Shown piece by piece: positions 25,201 to 35,960 of a stretch of DNA of 64,000 bases (position 1 is the stretch's first letter; every line of letters begins with the position of its first letter). Location: contig CM059432.1 of assembly GCA_030390025.1 (NCBI GenBank), positions 87,732,001 through 87,796,000 on the forward strand, written 5' to 3'. This stretch comes from Squalus acanthias (Eukaryota). The translations under genes were made by a program, and so were the position numbers. The notes under the pieces are model-generated. The model saw only the letters and a list, made by a program, of their open reading frames with translations. It had not been told where the DNA came from and searched no databases.

Positions 25201-26239
25201 AGTCAATTAAGGCATCTAAAGTATGTCCATTAATTGATGCTTTTGTAGCTGCATGGAATAGGTTCTGAGGACAAGCAGCTGTAATTGGTGTCGTTGCACA
25301 AAGAGTGGCTGAAACTCTAGGTGTGTTTCTTCGAGAGAAAACCCGAGAGGAAGCACGATAGATTTTAGCCGGAACATCTTGATAGGCCCTTACCGGGGCA
25401 GTTCGGTAGGACTTAGCTTGATAAGCCCTCGTAGAGGCTCTTGATAGGCAAACCTTTGCGAAATGACCCTTTTTGTTGCAATGACTGCAAAACGCATTGC
25501 GAGCAGGGCAGAATTTCCGAGGGTGAAACTCATCACCACAAAAGAAGCATTTCTTAGATTGCCAAGAGGCTGCCACAGTGGGGTCATCATCCTCTTCATC
25601 AGTGAAGTCATCAGATTGATCGTCAGGGATAAAGTCCTCCCTAATAGAGTTCACCTGTGGCCTCTTAAATTGCCTGACTGTAGTTAAGGCAGCAGACCGA
25701 GGTCTGGGCACTGTATAAAGGTCTGCATTTCTTTTTGCCAGATCTAGAGAGCAAGCCATGTCATAAGCTCTCTGAAGCTCAAGTGTCTTACTTTCCAGTA
25801 GACGCTGGCGTATAAATGGGGAGGCAAGCCCGCAGATGAAAGCATCACGGATCATTTCTTCACGGTACAGCTCAGCTGAGGCCGCCTGAAAGTTACAGTC
25901 CATACTGAGTCTGTGAAGCTCTTGGAGGAATTTATCAATGGATTCCTCCGGCCCTTGTTGGGCTGTAGCTAGTAGATGTCTGGCATAGACCTCATTCGGT
26001 GTCTTAGTATATAGTCTTTTAAGCGTCCGAATTGCCTCCTCGTAACTGCCCCATTCCTCAACATACTGAAATACATTCGGAGTGACACAGTTGATGAGTA
26101 TCCGCAACTTTGTGTCATCATCAGCCTTGCAATATTCGAGAAAATTGTCAAACGTGCGATACCAGTGTTTCCACACCTTACCGGCTGCTGGGGTGTTTGG
26201 GTCCAAGTCAAGACGCGATGGTTTAAGGATGTTTTCCAT
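22283..26239 (-). CDS. Gag-Pol polyprotein (gag zinc knuckles, protease, RT, RNase H, integrase), 1318 aa
   Basis: CFFCGDEFHPRKFC and CSHCNKKGHFAKVC knuckles; LIDSGS protease; RLCIDY, DLKSAYHQV, LPFGV, YLDN RT; SDASEV RNase H; HDGLCH..CSDCRVC plus IDFKGP/HSDRG/GQVERFN integrase, in Gypsy domain order. Confidence 0.96.
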   Translation of the reverse strand: MENILKPSRLDLDPNTPAAGKVWKHWYRTFDNFLEYCKADDDTKLRILINCVTPNVFQYVEEWGSYEEAIRTLKRLYTKTPNEVYARHLLATAQQGPEESIDKFLQELHRLSMDCNFQAASAELYREEMIRDAFICGLASPFIRQRLLESKTLELQRAYDMACSLDLAKRNADLYTVPRPRSAALTTVRQFKRPQVNSIREDFIPDDQSDDFTDEEDDDPTVAASWQSKKCFFCGDEFHPRKFCPARNAFCSHCNKKGHFAKVCLSRASTRAYQAKSYRTAPVRAYQDVPAKIYRASSRVFSRRNTPRVSATLCATTPITAACPQNLFHAATKASINGHTLDALIDSGSTDSFIREQIVAELKLHVFPSDQAIAMAQSSLNTRISGFCMVEITLNGRRYPSTRLSVLKDLCSDLILGLDFQKQHKKLTIEFGGSKPELTISNIRPRLPFCALSAASLDEPSLFTSIPPRCKPIITKSRRFSQEDQSFIAAEISRLLAEDIIEPCSSPWRAQVVIVKNPLQPHKKRLCIDYSQTINQYTDLDAYPLPRIDDMVNKLAEYTVFSTYDLKSAYHQVPLKVSDKQYTAFEANGRLYQFRRLPFGVTNGVAVFQRAMDDLVKQEDLKDTFPYLDNITVAGRNQREHDANLQRFWDALQHRNLTLNAAKSIESQPTINILGYCVGNGIIKPDPERLRPLQELPPPKNPASLRRALGLFAYYAKWIPNFSDRIQPLLKASTFPLDTAAVAAFNLLKKQLEKAALHSIDESLPFVVESDASEVAISATLNQEGRPVAFLSRTFQGAELHYPPVEKEATAIIEAVRKWTHLLARQHFTLITDQRSVAFMLDNRKRTKIKNNKIQLWRLELASFGYTIHYRPGKENVAPDTLTRAFCSAMAPSTLVDIHDGLCHPGVTRMLHFVRSRNLPFSTGDVKKMCSDCRVCAELKPQFFRPSGGILIHATQPMQRLSIDFKGPLPSSTRNTYLLTMVDEYSRFPFAFPCPNMLTTTVISCLEQVFAFCGMASYVHSDRGPSFMSGELKAYLSERGIAASRTTPYHPVGNGQVERFNAIIWNAVRLALRSRGLPNQQWEAVLPDALHSTRSLLSTATNTTPHERFFRFQRRSSYGISLPSWLTAPGPVLLRRYVRASKNDPLVDEVELTDVNPTYAYIRYPDGRESTVSLRDLAPCPPKHRGTPGYDIVPGTSLGSPGASHHDLDLTPAGTSLQRADLGQTDYEPVGARTRSHDPPRTIRSETDLPQPCPTPVRAPVHSQDRPDPSQSGLDHSDSGPRPAAGKRARGPLPLREPKRVRLSLVRRLRNGGSIPAS

Positions 26240-26305
26240 GATGGGTGATTCCCTGGATCCTTAGTTCCGAGTTCGTCCAAAAAGTTTGAGTGCGAAGTTT
26301 TTCAA

Positions 26306-26316
26306 AGTTGATTAAA
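26306..26316 (-). promoter_or_regulatory. Putative self-priming primer-binding site
   Basis: Minus-strand TTTAATCAACT lies 1 nt after the 5' LTR and is the exact complement of LTR-internal AGTTGATTAAA (26371-26361). There is no TGG tRNA-type PBS. Confidence 0.8.
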
Positions 26317-26317
26317 T

Positions 26318-26511
26318 TGTCGTAAGAATGAGCCTTACGCGTGGTGAACTTAAAGTAAGCTTTAATCAACTAAAAAGGTGCTACATACAAAAGAGGTCTT
26401 ACTCTATGCCTCTCCAGGATCCAACTGCTCAGTCCAGTATTTATCCTGGACTAATCACAGGAAGTGATGCAATAAAGTTCGAGTCACAGGAAGCTGTATT
26501 GTGTTACCACA
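26318..26511 (-). repeat. 5' LTR of the Gypsy element
   Basis: Identical by eye to 22071-22264. Confidence 0.96.
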
Positions 26512-26796
26512 GGGATTCCCGCCTATAATCTCAAAATGTTTAAGATTTAATTGATGGGAGTGAATTTCTGAGCATGAGCTTTCTTTATGCAATCAGAATT
26601 TGATTCAAAGTCAGGCAGTTTAAATAAGATACAACGGGCGCGTTTGGGGGCGGTAACCGAGTTAAGGCCAGACATTTAACTCGCGGTGCAGAAGTACCGC
26701 CCCGGCCGCTAAATTCGGCTTATCGCCCCGCACAGGAAGTGGAGTGCAATGTCAGGTGCTCCACTTCCTGGTGGGGCAGTAACCGTGGCGATGTTA

Positions 26797-27232
26797 TTCC
26801 AAGATCCCTTTGTTCCTCTACCCCACCTAGACTCGCACCCTCCAAGTAATAAGTGACCTCCCTATTCTTCCAACCAAAATGTAATACCTCACATTTATCT
26901 GTGTTGAACTTCATTTGCCAATTATTTGCCCATTCTGCAAGTTTATTAATGTCCTCCTGTAATTTGTTGCAGTCCTCCTCAATATTGACTATCCCCCCCC
27001 CCCCCATTTGGTATCATCCGCAAATTTAGAAATTGTGCTTTTGATTCCAAAGTCTAAATCGTTAATGTAAATTGTGAACAGCAGTGGTCCCAGCACTGAT
27101 CCTTGCGGAACACCGCTACCCACCTTCTGCCACTGTGAATAGCTACCCTTTACTCCCACTCTCTGCTTTTTGTCTTGAAGCCAGTTAGCAATCCATTCTG
27201 CTACTTGTCCCCTGACTCCGCATTCTCTGACC
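26797..27232 (-). mobile_element. CR1 RT internal fragment
   Basis: [43 protein letters not shown]; frameshift at a C-run. Confidence 0.88.
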
Positions 27233-27337
27233 GATCTGATTCTGATCAGTCTTAGACTGATTACTACAGTGTAAATGCAATGTAACTGTGACGTATCTGT
27301 CACAGTCCCAGAAGTTCCCCACTGACTGGAAATCAAT

Positions 27338-27552
27338 GGGGGAGAAATTCATTATAGCCCCATTTGGGGCGCTAACTTTTAAAAGTTGAGAAAATTAGCG
27401 CCAGGCGCAACGCCATAGCACCGCCGCAAAACTCCCGCCGAATGTGGCAGGAGTCGATATCAGCGCCGCGCCCGGTCACGAAGCCATTTGCGCCCCATTA
27501 GCGGTTCCCGGGGGCGCTAATGGGAGGCACAAAGGCACCCAATTTCGTCCCC
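27338..27552 (-). mobile_element. Harbinger MITE (215 bp)
   Basis: TIRs GGGGGAGAAATT / AATTTCGTCCCC, TSD AAT on both sides, GCGCC-rich subtermini resembling the ends of the autonomous copies. Confidence 0.85.
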
Positions 27553-28328
27553 AATGTTTTCTGAAGCAGTGCCTGCAGCTTCTGTTGACACGACTGTTCA
27601 CACGACTGCTCCTGTGTTTTCCATGTGTGTCACTCCATGCCATCCCCTCAAGAGTCACAAAAATCTGTTGGAGTGTACAAGGATTTTGAATCTCTGCCTT
27701 ATTGTTATCTTTAAGCTTTGTGCAAGCAAGTTAAAGCTTATTTTGGATCTTGGACCTCCAGGATCTGAGGGTGGGTTAGGTTAAAATGACTCCCACAGGC
27801 ACTGGTAATCCACTAAAAGAGGAAAATATAGGCCTGATAATCTTGTCCCAATGCTGCGCCAATTGGAGTGCTGCTCTTTTGCGCACTGCAAGCACTTGTA
27901 ATGCAATGAGCTAACTTTGTGCTATAATGGAAGGTTAGTTCCTTTACACAATATAACAGCCTTTTTGGTGTACAGTGCACAAGGCAAAGTAACCTGCTAT
28001 CTGGCGCCAGGAGCTTTTGAAGGGCTGTTGGTCAACTTAAAGCTATACTGCTATCGAGGAATAGAAATAACTGTAGCAAGACCAGGGCGATGACTGGCTC
28101 CCTTCAAAGATGCAGCTTTGGAAGTTTTGCCACAACATGCGCCGGATGGAAGGGTTGAACTTTTTGGAACAGAGAGGCTTCCTCCTATGAAGAGTAATGT
28201 AATGACAGCTTGGACAGCTGTGATCAGATCCTAGAAGCAAGTAAGGAAAGTATCACTGGTTTCAGAAAGGTTACCAAGGTGAAGCACTGCTTTCATTTTA
28301 CTTAATTATACAATGTCGTCTTACATTG

Positions 28329-28562
28329 CATTTTAATACCACTTCCCTAGAACATAAGAACATAAGAAATAAAAGCAGGAGTCGGCCATACGGCCCCTCG
28401 AGCCTGCTCCGCCATTCAATAACATCATGGCTGATCATCGACCTCAGCTCCACTTTCCCGCCTGATCTCCATATCCTTTGATTCCCCTAGAGTCCAAAAA
28501 TACATCTATCTCAGCCTTGAATATACTCAAAGACTCAGCATGCACAGCCCTCTGGGGCAGAA
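28329..28562 (-). mobile_element. CR1 3' end fragment
   Basis: (AGAACATA)n tail and a 3' UTR matching 1141-1350. Confidence 0.85.
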
Positions 28563-30439
28563 GCTTGCTAGAACAGCACAGAACAGACCTCTGGCAACTG
28601 TTCATGTATTTTACAAATGTACAAACATGCCAGTGTTTACCCTGAAGCTCATGAAATGCGGCATGGAGAAAACACCCAGCACACTGCCAGTACTAGGTAC
28701 CTGCGTGCTGTCTGTTCACAGGATCACATAAAGTGGCTAACGGCTGGGATCCTCCTCTGTCACTGGTTGATGCAGGTTCTTTTCTTCTCCACTTGTTCCA
28801 TGGCAATAGATGGCAATAAGTGAGTCTTTGTGAGGCACCTGGGGTTACTATTATCTGGGATATCTAGGCTGTTTTGTCCTGTATGCCATCTCAACTCTGC
28901 TCTTGCACTTCCCCCTCCACAACTGACAGATAGAAAGGAATGACTTACAGGATACCCATAGATCCCATCTAGGCATAGCTCAATTTCAGTTCTCTCGACC
29001 AACACCCACAGATAGCAGTTCAACTGCCCCTTAATGAAGGTGTGAGAGGCTGCAGTAGTGAACTCCAAGGACAAAATGAAATTGATGGATCAACATGCAG
29101 CTACTTAATGGAAACTCTCCTTTAAGGAACAGGATCCAACATGACTGAATGGGCCAACCATCCCATGCCCACTGTTCAGATGCTAAGACCGTATCATCTG
29201 GTCATTTCCTCATTAACATTTTTTGAGCCTAGTCTGTGCCTAGTACACAGTTCCTGAGTGCCACACGTACACCCCCTCACATTATTCCGCACTGTGTGCA
29301 ATGGTTGCAGGATAGGCCTCAGCAACCGATAATACAGGTTGCCTGTACCTGATGGGACCAGTGCTGTGGACACCAAGCCTTGCATTATCCATGCCTGAAG
29401 TCCTGATTTGAGCACTGCCATTTTAAATTTTGAATTCACATTACAGTAAGGTAAATTAGAATACATGTCCTTTTCTGTCTTAGAAGGTATATTGATATTG
29501 ATTATGAGTCTCATCAGATGATATAAGATTAAGATATAGGTAAACAGTTATACACCATTTCCTTGCAGCTATACATTTAGTCATGGTACAGGCGTTTAGC
29601 TGTTTTGAATTAAAATGTACTGCATTAATAGTACAATGGCCTGATACCTCAAATAGTTGAGAGTTTGACTCCCAGCTGGGGGACCCTAAGCCTTGGGCCT
29701 TGCCTGTGCTGGTGTTCCCTGGACTTAAGGATGTGTGCCTAGAAGAAGAGAATGTGCATTCTATATTGAACAAACAGAATCTCTACGTCTGTAGATGTCT
29801 CAGTAGTATGGTTTGGAAGCACCTAAGAATGGTGATGGGAATTACATGTGGTCAGATACCTGACTGACCAAAAAGAAATTTCCGCGCAAGGTCATGGTTC
29901 CAGTCCGAAGGATGCCTGGCACCCTAACTCATCTCAGTTTAGTGAGTTGTGTTGTTTATTAACTGTGGTACTGGGTACAGCACTTTACGGAAACAGAAAT
30001 TTCATCTGGAGGGCAGTAGGAAAAGAAAGCAAACATTGCGTGGATTGAATCTTCCACTGCTCCCCTGCTCACTACCTGCAGATCATCAATGATAGTTGTA
30101 GTGTCCACACCATCTCACCACCAGAGCTAAAGGATGATGGATGATGGAGAACGGCTTGTAAGGAGAAAACATACGAAGCCCTATATTTAAAGAAAAAAGG
30201 TATATTTAGTTTTACCTCCTGATCTCAGTTTAAAACCATTTGTTAGACTATTAAGTTTGAATCTAGTTATCATACATAATTTGCTTCAAATCCCTGTTCT
30301 GCTGTACTGAGCTTTGCCCTGTTAACCTGATGCAATGTATTAACAAAATGTGCTCTGGTCGAATATGTTGCTGAGGTAAGGATAAACCTTGCATTTTTAT
30401 AATAGTCACAACTATGTGAAATGAAGTGCAGTCACTGTT

Positions 30440-30602
30440 ATATCTTTGTCTTCACTGCCTGGGTGGTAATCTGACAGAGCAGATCGCCTGCCTGTTGTAG
30501 GACATGCCCGATTGAAATGAATGGAATGATAATTGGGCGGTTTCTATAACGGCAGGTGATCTGCCAGATTACCACAGGGCAGGGAAGATGGAAATTTGCA
30601 CC
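30440..30602. mobile_element. Palindromic MITE-like element (family of 10555-10740)
   Basis: cttcactgcctgggtggtaatctg ... cagattaccacagggcagggaag imperfect inverted repeat, sharing sequence with 10569. Confidence 0.7.
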
Positions 30603-30673
30603 ATAAGCAAACACTGAAGCTAAACTGCTCACAGTAAGTTCCCAATGAGATGTGACCAGTTAGTCTGTTTCTG

Positions 30674-30900
30674 GAAACAACAACAGAAAACGCTGGAAAA
30701 ACTCAGCAGGCCAGGCAACATCCGTGGAGAGAGGAACGGAGTTAACGTTTCAGGTCGAAACCCTTCGTCTGATGAAGGGTTTCGACCTGAAACGTTAACT
30801 CTGTTTCTCTCTCCACGGATGTTGCCTGGCCTGCTGAGTTTTTCCAGCGTTTTCTGTTGTTGTTTCAATTTTCCAGCATCTGCAGTATTTTGCTATCGTA
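30674..30900. mobile_element. Head-to-head Penelope terminal fragments forming a 193-bp palindrome (30674-30866) with a hammerhead core
   Basis: 96-bp arms around T30770 with 3 mismatches. Sequence matches the Penelope terminus at 18609-18706. CTGATGA...GAAAC lies at the centre. Confidence 0.88.
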
Positions 30901-30902
30901 TA

Positions 30903-31112
30903 AGTCTGTTTCTGGTGCTGTTGGTCGAATGTTGGCCAGGACACCAGGAGAATTCCCTGCTCTTCAAATAGTGCCATGGAATCTTTTATGTCCAGCTGAA
31001 TAGACAGGCAGTTCCTTGTTTAACATCTCATCTGAAAGATAGCGCTGAGGTACCAGCCTAGATTATGTGTTAATCCTTGGATCGGCACGACCCAGAGACT
31101 CTGACTCAGAGG
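30903..31112 (-). mobile_element. DeuSINE fragment
   Basis: ttggccaggacaccaggagaattccctgctcttc...gtgccatggaatctttta is the reverse complement of the Deu core at 11560 and 46310. Confidence 0.75.
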
Positions 31113-32802
31113 CTGTGATTTTAAGTGCTATTATTTTGAGTCTATTCTGTGTTACTGAGCCAAGATTACATTTAAGCACAGATTAATCTATGCTCAAATG
31201 TATGGATCCTAATAGAATATTTTCTGGTGTAAATTTGGCAAAAGTTGTTTTACTTATAAACTGTAAACCTCTTTCAAGATTGTATCGGTTGTGAGAAAAA
31301 ATGATTACCTCAGTGTTTAAACCATTCCCTCTGTTCTTAGGTTTATGGGAAAATAAATCTCAAATGATTGACTTTGACTAGTGGATTACATAGGTGCAAT
31401 AACATCTGTGATTTCTGTATTGTTGCAAAACACTTGGTTAAACACTGATGTAGCTGAGTATTTTTCTGAAAATGAACCCCTGGGGATAGAGGGAATGTCA
31501 CGCAATCACTTATGTAGGCAAGAACAATTCATCTGAACCAGCACAGCAAGAGCTATCACCTTATCACAGCAGGGACATCAGCAGGAACTGCTTCTTTAAT
31601 GCTTCAGACAAAAGCCAGATGTGTAATTTCTTCATCTGTTGACCAGCAACTAATGGGAAAGTCAAAGGATTATTTGTGTTTAGGTTAATTACAAAGAACT
31701 TGCATGAGTCAAATGAATAGTAATCTCCTAATGAAATACAACTTCTTTTAGAATACCAAACTTAGTACCAGCAGCGTCACAAATGATCTTTCATGTGGTC
31801 ACTGTGGAGGTTGTTTGTTATAGCAATGGACTGTGACTGAAAGCATCGTGCATCTAGTATTCCTATTTCGTGGCACAAAACAATCTGGATATCTGCCATC
31901 TGTGTTACAGCAGATGGTAGTAATGGATGCTCTGTGTGTATGGCTCTGCTTAGTTTGTCAAGTACTGAGTGAGTCAGAGCAATCAAGCCTCCCTTTTTAA
32001 GTACTGTTACACTAGCCAGTGTTACTAAATAGAAGATGAAAGCCAAGGAAGAGCCTTTTGCTTTGTATACCCAGTGAAGTAAGAGAAAGTGTTAAATCTT
32101 CCAAATTAAATAATGCACATTCAGGGAGACAGTTAAAAGTTTACTGTAGAAAAGCAATTGCTAAGGTTATTCTTTAAGAGTGTATTTTCATGTTTGTCAA
32201 TATGAGGGATATGAATGCATGATTTTGCACTGTTAATTCTCATTGTATGTAGTATCAGAGTCAACAGGAGCAGCAACAGCAGCACCAGAAACAACCTGCT
32301 GCTCACAGACCTGCAGCTCAACAGGAGAAAGGGGATCAGCAGAGAGGTGCAGCTCCAGGAGGCCATACACAGGGTCCACAGGCAGAGGATAAGCTTCCTC
32401 GACATGTCGGAACACCAGTGTCTCAGGAGGTTCAGGGTGTCGCGTCAGGTGGTGGCAGACATTTGCAGCCTGTTGGAACAAGACCTGCTGCCAGCTGGAC
32501 CTGGTGGCCACACTATACCAGTGGTTGTCAACATCACCACCGCCCTCAACTTTTTTGCCTCTGGATCCTTCCAGGGCTCTGCCAGAGAAATTTGCAGGAT
32601 CTTGCAGTCGGTGGCACACAAATGCATGAGACAGGTGACTTATGGCTTGTTTGCCAGGGCCGCCAATTATGTCAACTTTGCCTGTGATGATGCCAGTCAG
32701 AATGAGCGGGCGATTGGGTTTGTGGCTCTGGCTGGCTTCCCACAGGTGCAGGGCAACCATAGATCACTCAGGATTATTCATCAACCGTAAGGCCTTCCAC
32801 TC

Positions 32803-34858
32803 AACAACTAACGGGTGGAGGAGGCTCCATGAACATCCCCATCCTCAATGATGGCGGAGCCCAGCACATGAGTGCAAAAGACAAGGCCGAAGCATTCACA
32901 ACCACCTTCAGCCAGAAGTGGATGATCCATCTCGGCCTCCTCCTGAGGTCTCCACTATCACAGAAGCCAGTCTTCAGCCAATTCGATTCACTCCACGTCT
33001 TATCAGGAAAAGGCTGAGTGCACTGGATACAGCAAAGGCTATGAGCCCCGACAACAACCCGGCTGTCGTGCTGAAGACTTGTGCTCCAGAACTAGGCACA
33101 CCTCTAGCCAAGCTGTTCCAGTACAAATACAACACTGGCATCTACCCGACAATGTGGAAAACTGCCCAGGTATGTCCCGTCCACAAAAAGCAGGACAAAT
33201 CCAACCCAGCCAATTACCGCCCCATCAGTCTACTCTCAATCATCAGCAAAGTGATGGAAGATGTTGTTGACAGTGCTATCAAGCGGCCCTTACTCACTTA
33301 TAACCTGCTCACTGATGCTCAGTTTGGGTTTCGCCAAGACCACTCGGCTCCAGACCTCATTGCAGCCTTGGTCCAAACATGGACAAAAGAGTTGAATTCC
33401 AAATATGAGGTGAGAGTGACTGCCCTTGACATCAAGGCAGCATTTGACTGAGTGTAGCATCAAGGAGCTTCAGTAAAACTGAAGTCAATGGGAATCAGGG
33501 GGAAAACTCTCCACTGGCTGGAGTCATGCCTAGCCCAAAGGAAGATGGTTGTGGTTGTTGGAGGCCATCACCTCAGCCCCAGGACATTGCTGCAGGAGTT
33601 TCTTAGGGCAATATCTTAGGCCCAACCATATTCAACTGCTTCGTCAATGACCTTCCCCCCATCATAAGGTCAGAAGTGGGGATGTTCGCTGATGACTGCA
33701 CAGTGTTCAGTGTTCAGACCTTGACGACATTCAGGCTTGGGTTAATAAGTGTCAAGTAACATTCGCGCCACACAAGTGCCAGGCAATGACTATCTCCAAC
33801 AAGAGAGAGTCTAACCACCACCCCTTGACATTCAACGGAATTACCATCGCCGAATCCCCCACCATCAACATGCTGGGGATCATCATTGACCAGAAACTTA
33901 ACTGACCAGCCACATAAATACTGTGGCGACAAGAGAAGGTATTCTGCGGCGAGTGACTCACCTCCTGACTCCCCAAAGCCTTTCCACCATCTACAAGACA
34001 CAAGTCAGAAGCGTGATGGAATACTCTCCACTTGCCTGGATGAGTGCAGTTCCAACAACACTCAAGGGGGGAAAAATTGGGTCGCACCCCCTTTGGGGCG
34101 CTAACTTATTAAAGGGAAGGGGCCTTGCGCAGCGCAACCCGGGGCCCAGCTAAGCCACCAGGGATCGGAATGCCGGCAAAAGAGCCTGGCACTCAAGAGA
34201 AGTGCGGGGGTCACAGACTGCAGCCGGCACCCCGCGCGGGGGCTGCACAGAAGGCCGGGGACAGCAACGGGGGCAGGTGCTAGCAGGCGGCCAGCAACAA
34301 AACTGGCCGCCCGGCACCTCCCCTTTAATTTGCGCCACCCCGGCCGCAGGTATCCCCCCCTGACCCTGTAGGACATAGCGTCCGGCGGTAAGTCAGGGGG
34401 CGCTACTGAAGATCGCAGCTGGGGCGTGAGCAGGGCGCCGTGCACGATGATGATGTCATCGCCGGAGGCGCAGCACCGTGGGGCGCTAACAGTTACCGCC
34501 GCCGCTAACCTCCCACTGAATTTCACGGGAGGTGTTGGCGGTGCCGCGCCCAGGCGCTAGTTGCTTTGTGCCCCATTACCGCCCTCTTAGGGTGCTAACG
34601 GGAGGCGCAAATCAACTGAATTTTTCCCCCAAGAAGTTCGACACCACCCAGGACACCATCCATCACCTTAAAAATTCACTCCTTCAACCACTGCTGCACC
34701 ATGGCTGCAGTGTGTACCAGCCATATGGGAGTACCTTCATTACATGGACTGCAGCTGTTCAAGAAGGCAGCTCACCATTTCCTTCCCAAGAGCAATTAGG
34801 GATGGGCAATAAATGCTGGCATTGCCAGTGACGGCCACATTCCATGAAAGATAAAAAA
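32803..34858 (+). mobile_element. LINE-B, 5'-truncated, interrupted by a MITE
   Basis: NYRPISLLSIISKVME, QFGFRQDHS, ALDIKAAFD, MFADD; 3' end agggatgggcaataaatgctgg...ataaaaaa. Confidence 0.9.
34067..34630 (-). mobile_element. Harbinger MITE (564 bp)
   Basis: TIRs GGGGGAAAAATT / AATTTTTCCCCC and TSD AAG. The empty site restores LINE-B ctc aag aag ttc gac acc (LKKxDT). Confidence 0.92.
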
Positions 34859-35733
34859 CCTCCATCAATGTGCAGCTGGTGTGCAACCACAGAAGGATAT
34901 TTATGTACGGTTTGCACAAGATTCCCAGGCAACTGCCATGATGATTTCATCCTGTGGCCGTCCACCCTCACTGATCTCTTCGCACCTCGAGGCTGGCTGC
35001 TCGGAGACAAGGGATACCTGCTTAAAATGTGGCTGATGACATCCCTCAGAAACCCAAGGAATAAGGCCCATGAATGATACAATGAAAGACATATGAGTGC
35101 CAGATGTGTCATCGAACAAGCCATCGGCATGCTGAAGATGCGCTTCAGATGCCTGGACAGATCTGGAAGTGCCCGTCAGTTCACACCAGCCAGGGTCTCC
35201 TGAATGGTTGTGGTGTGCTGCACTCTGCACAACATTGCGCAGCAGCAAGGTTTGGACCGACAGAAGGAACAAGATGCAGAGCACAGAGCCTCTTCAGAGG
35301 ATTCCGAGGAGGAGAAAGATGAGAAGGCGGAAGGTGATGAGGGCAATGCACCACCAGTGGCGCACATTGCTGCCTGGGATGCCCTAATTATTGTGAGGTT
35401 CACTTAGGTTCCACCAGTACATCCATCTAACAACCACATGCAAAAGTCACTTTTACCCACCACCTCCCCCCTGCCCCATCCCGCCCCGATGCCACTAACA
35501 CAGAGTAGTGCTGGAAACAACCAAGCCTCCCTTTCACAGACCCCCATTGCTCGGCGTCAATTCATGTCTTCCCATTCATCATCACACAACTGAAAAGGCC
35601 ACTTTCCAGCCAGCAACCAAGAATGGACAAGACGGGAAAGTGGTGCAAAAGAATAATGTTTATGTGTTTCAAATAGACAACAGAAACTTAATATAACAAT
35701 GTGCAAGACACCCATGTACATACCCTTGTGCAA

Positions 35734-35960
35734 CTACGAGTCTTCACTCTTCCTTTTTCTGCCACTTCTACGTGGTGTAACCCCTGTGGCTTCAGCAGAG
35801 GTCGAGGCAGGCTGCTTAGATCCCTGCTCTGACTGCTGAGTGGCTCTTAGCCGACATCCTCTGGGTTTTGGAGCATGTGAGGACCCCACCAAAGACTGCT
35901 CCACCCGCACCGGTGCAGGGGCAGATTTGGCCATTGGGACACGGGGCTTTTCTGGGAGCT
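35734..35960 (-). pseudogene. 3' end of a Harbinger Myb/SANT partner gene (relic)
   Basis: QPASTSAEATGVTPRRSGRKRK resembles QPSTSLAAATEVPLRRSSR at 40751, and it converges on the transposase ending at 35407. Confidence 0.6.

Larger units (their letters stand above)
22071..26511 (-). mobile_element. Intact Ty3/Gypsy LTR retrotransposon (Mag/SURL-like gag)
   Basis: Two identical 194-bp LTRs (TG...CA), 5-bp TSD GGGAT (22066-70, 26512-16), PPT at 22265-22276 and a single gag-pol ORF. Confidence 0.97.
32255..35407 (+). pseudogene. Harbinger transposase (diverged family), split by LINE-B
   Basis: SFLDMSEHQCLRRFR...ALNFFASGSFQ...AGFPQVQG...NRKAFHS [LINE] [10 protein letters not shown]...WLLGDKGY...IEQAIGMLKMRFRCLD...VVCCTLHN. 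Confidence 0.9.

Noticed and set aside
26630..26795. GC-rich hairpin segment (caggaagtggag/ctccacttcctg), possibly a MITE remnant
   Set aside because: No definable TIR pair or TSD, and it is truncated by the adjacent CR1 fragment.
28560..29100. Possible piggyBac-like C-terminal relic on the minus strand (RCLTKTHLLPS...KKRTC)
   Set aside because: Similarity is too weak, with no TIR or TTAA support. It needs a profile search.
30629..30971. Mirror-image ORFs on both strands
   Set aside because: They are a consequence of the DNA palindrome, with no coding evidence.
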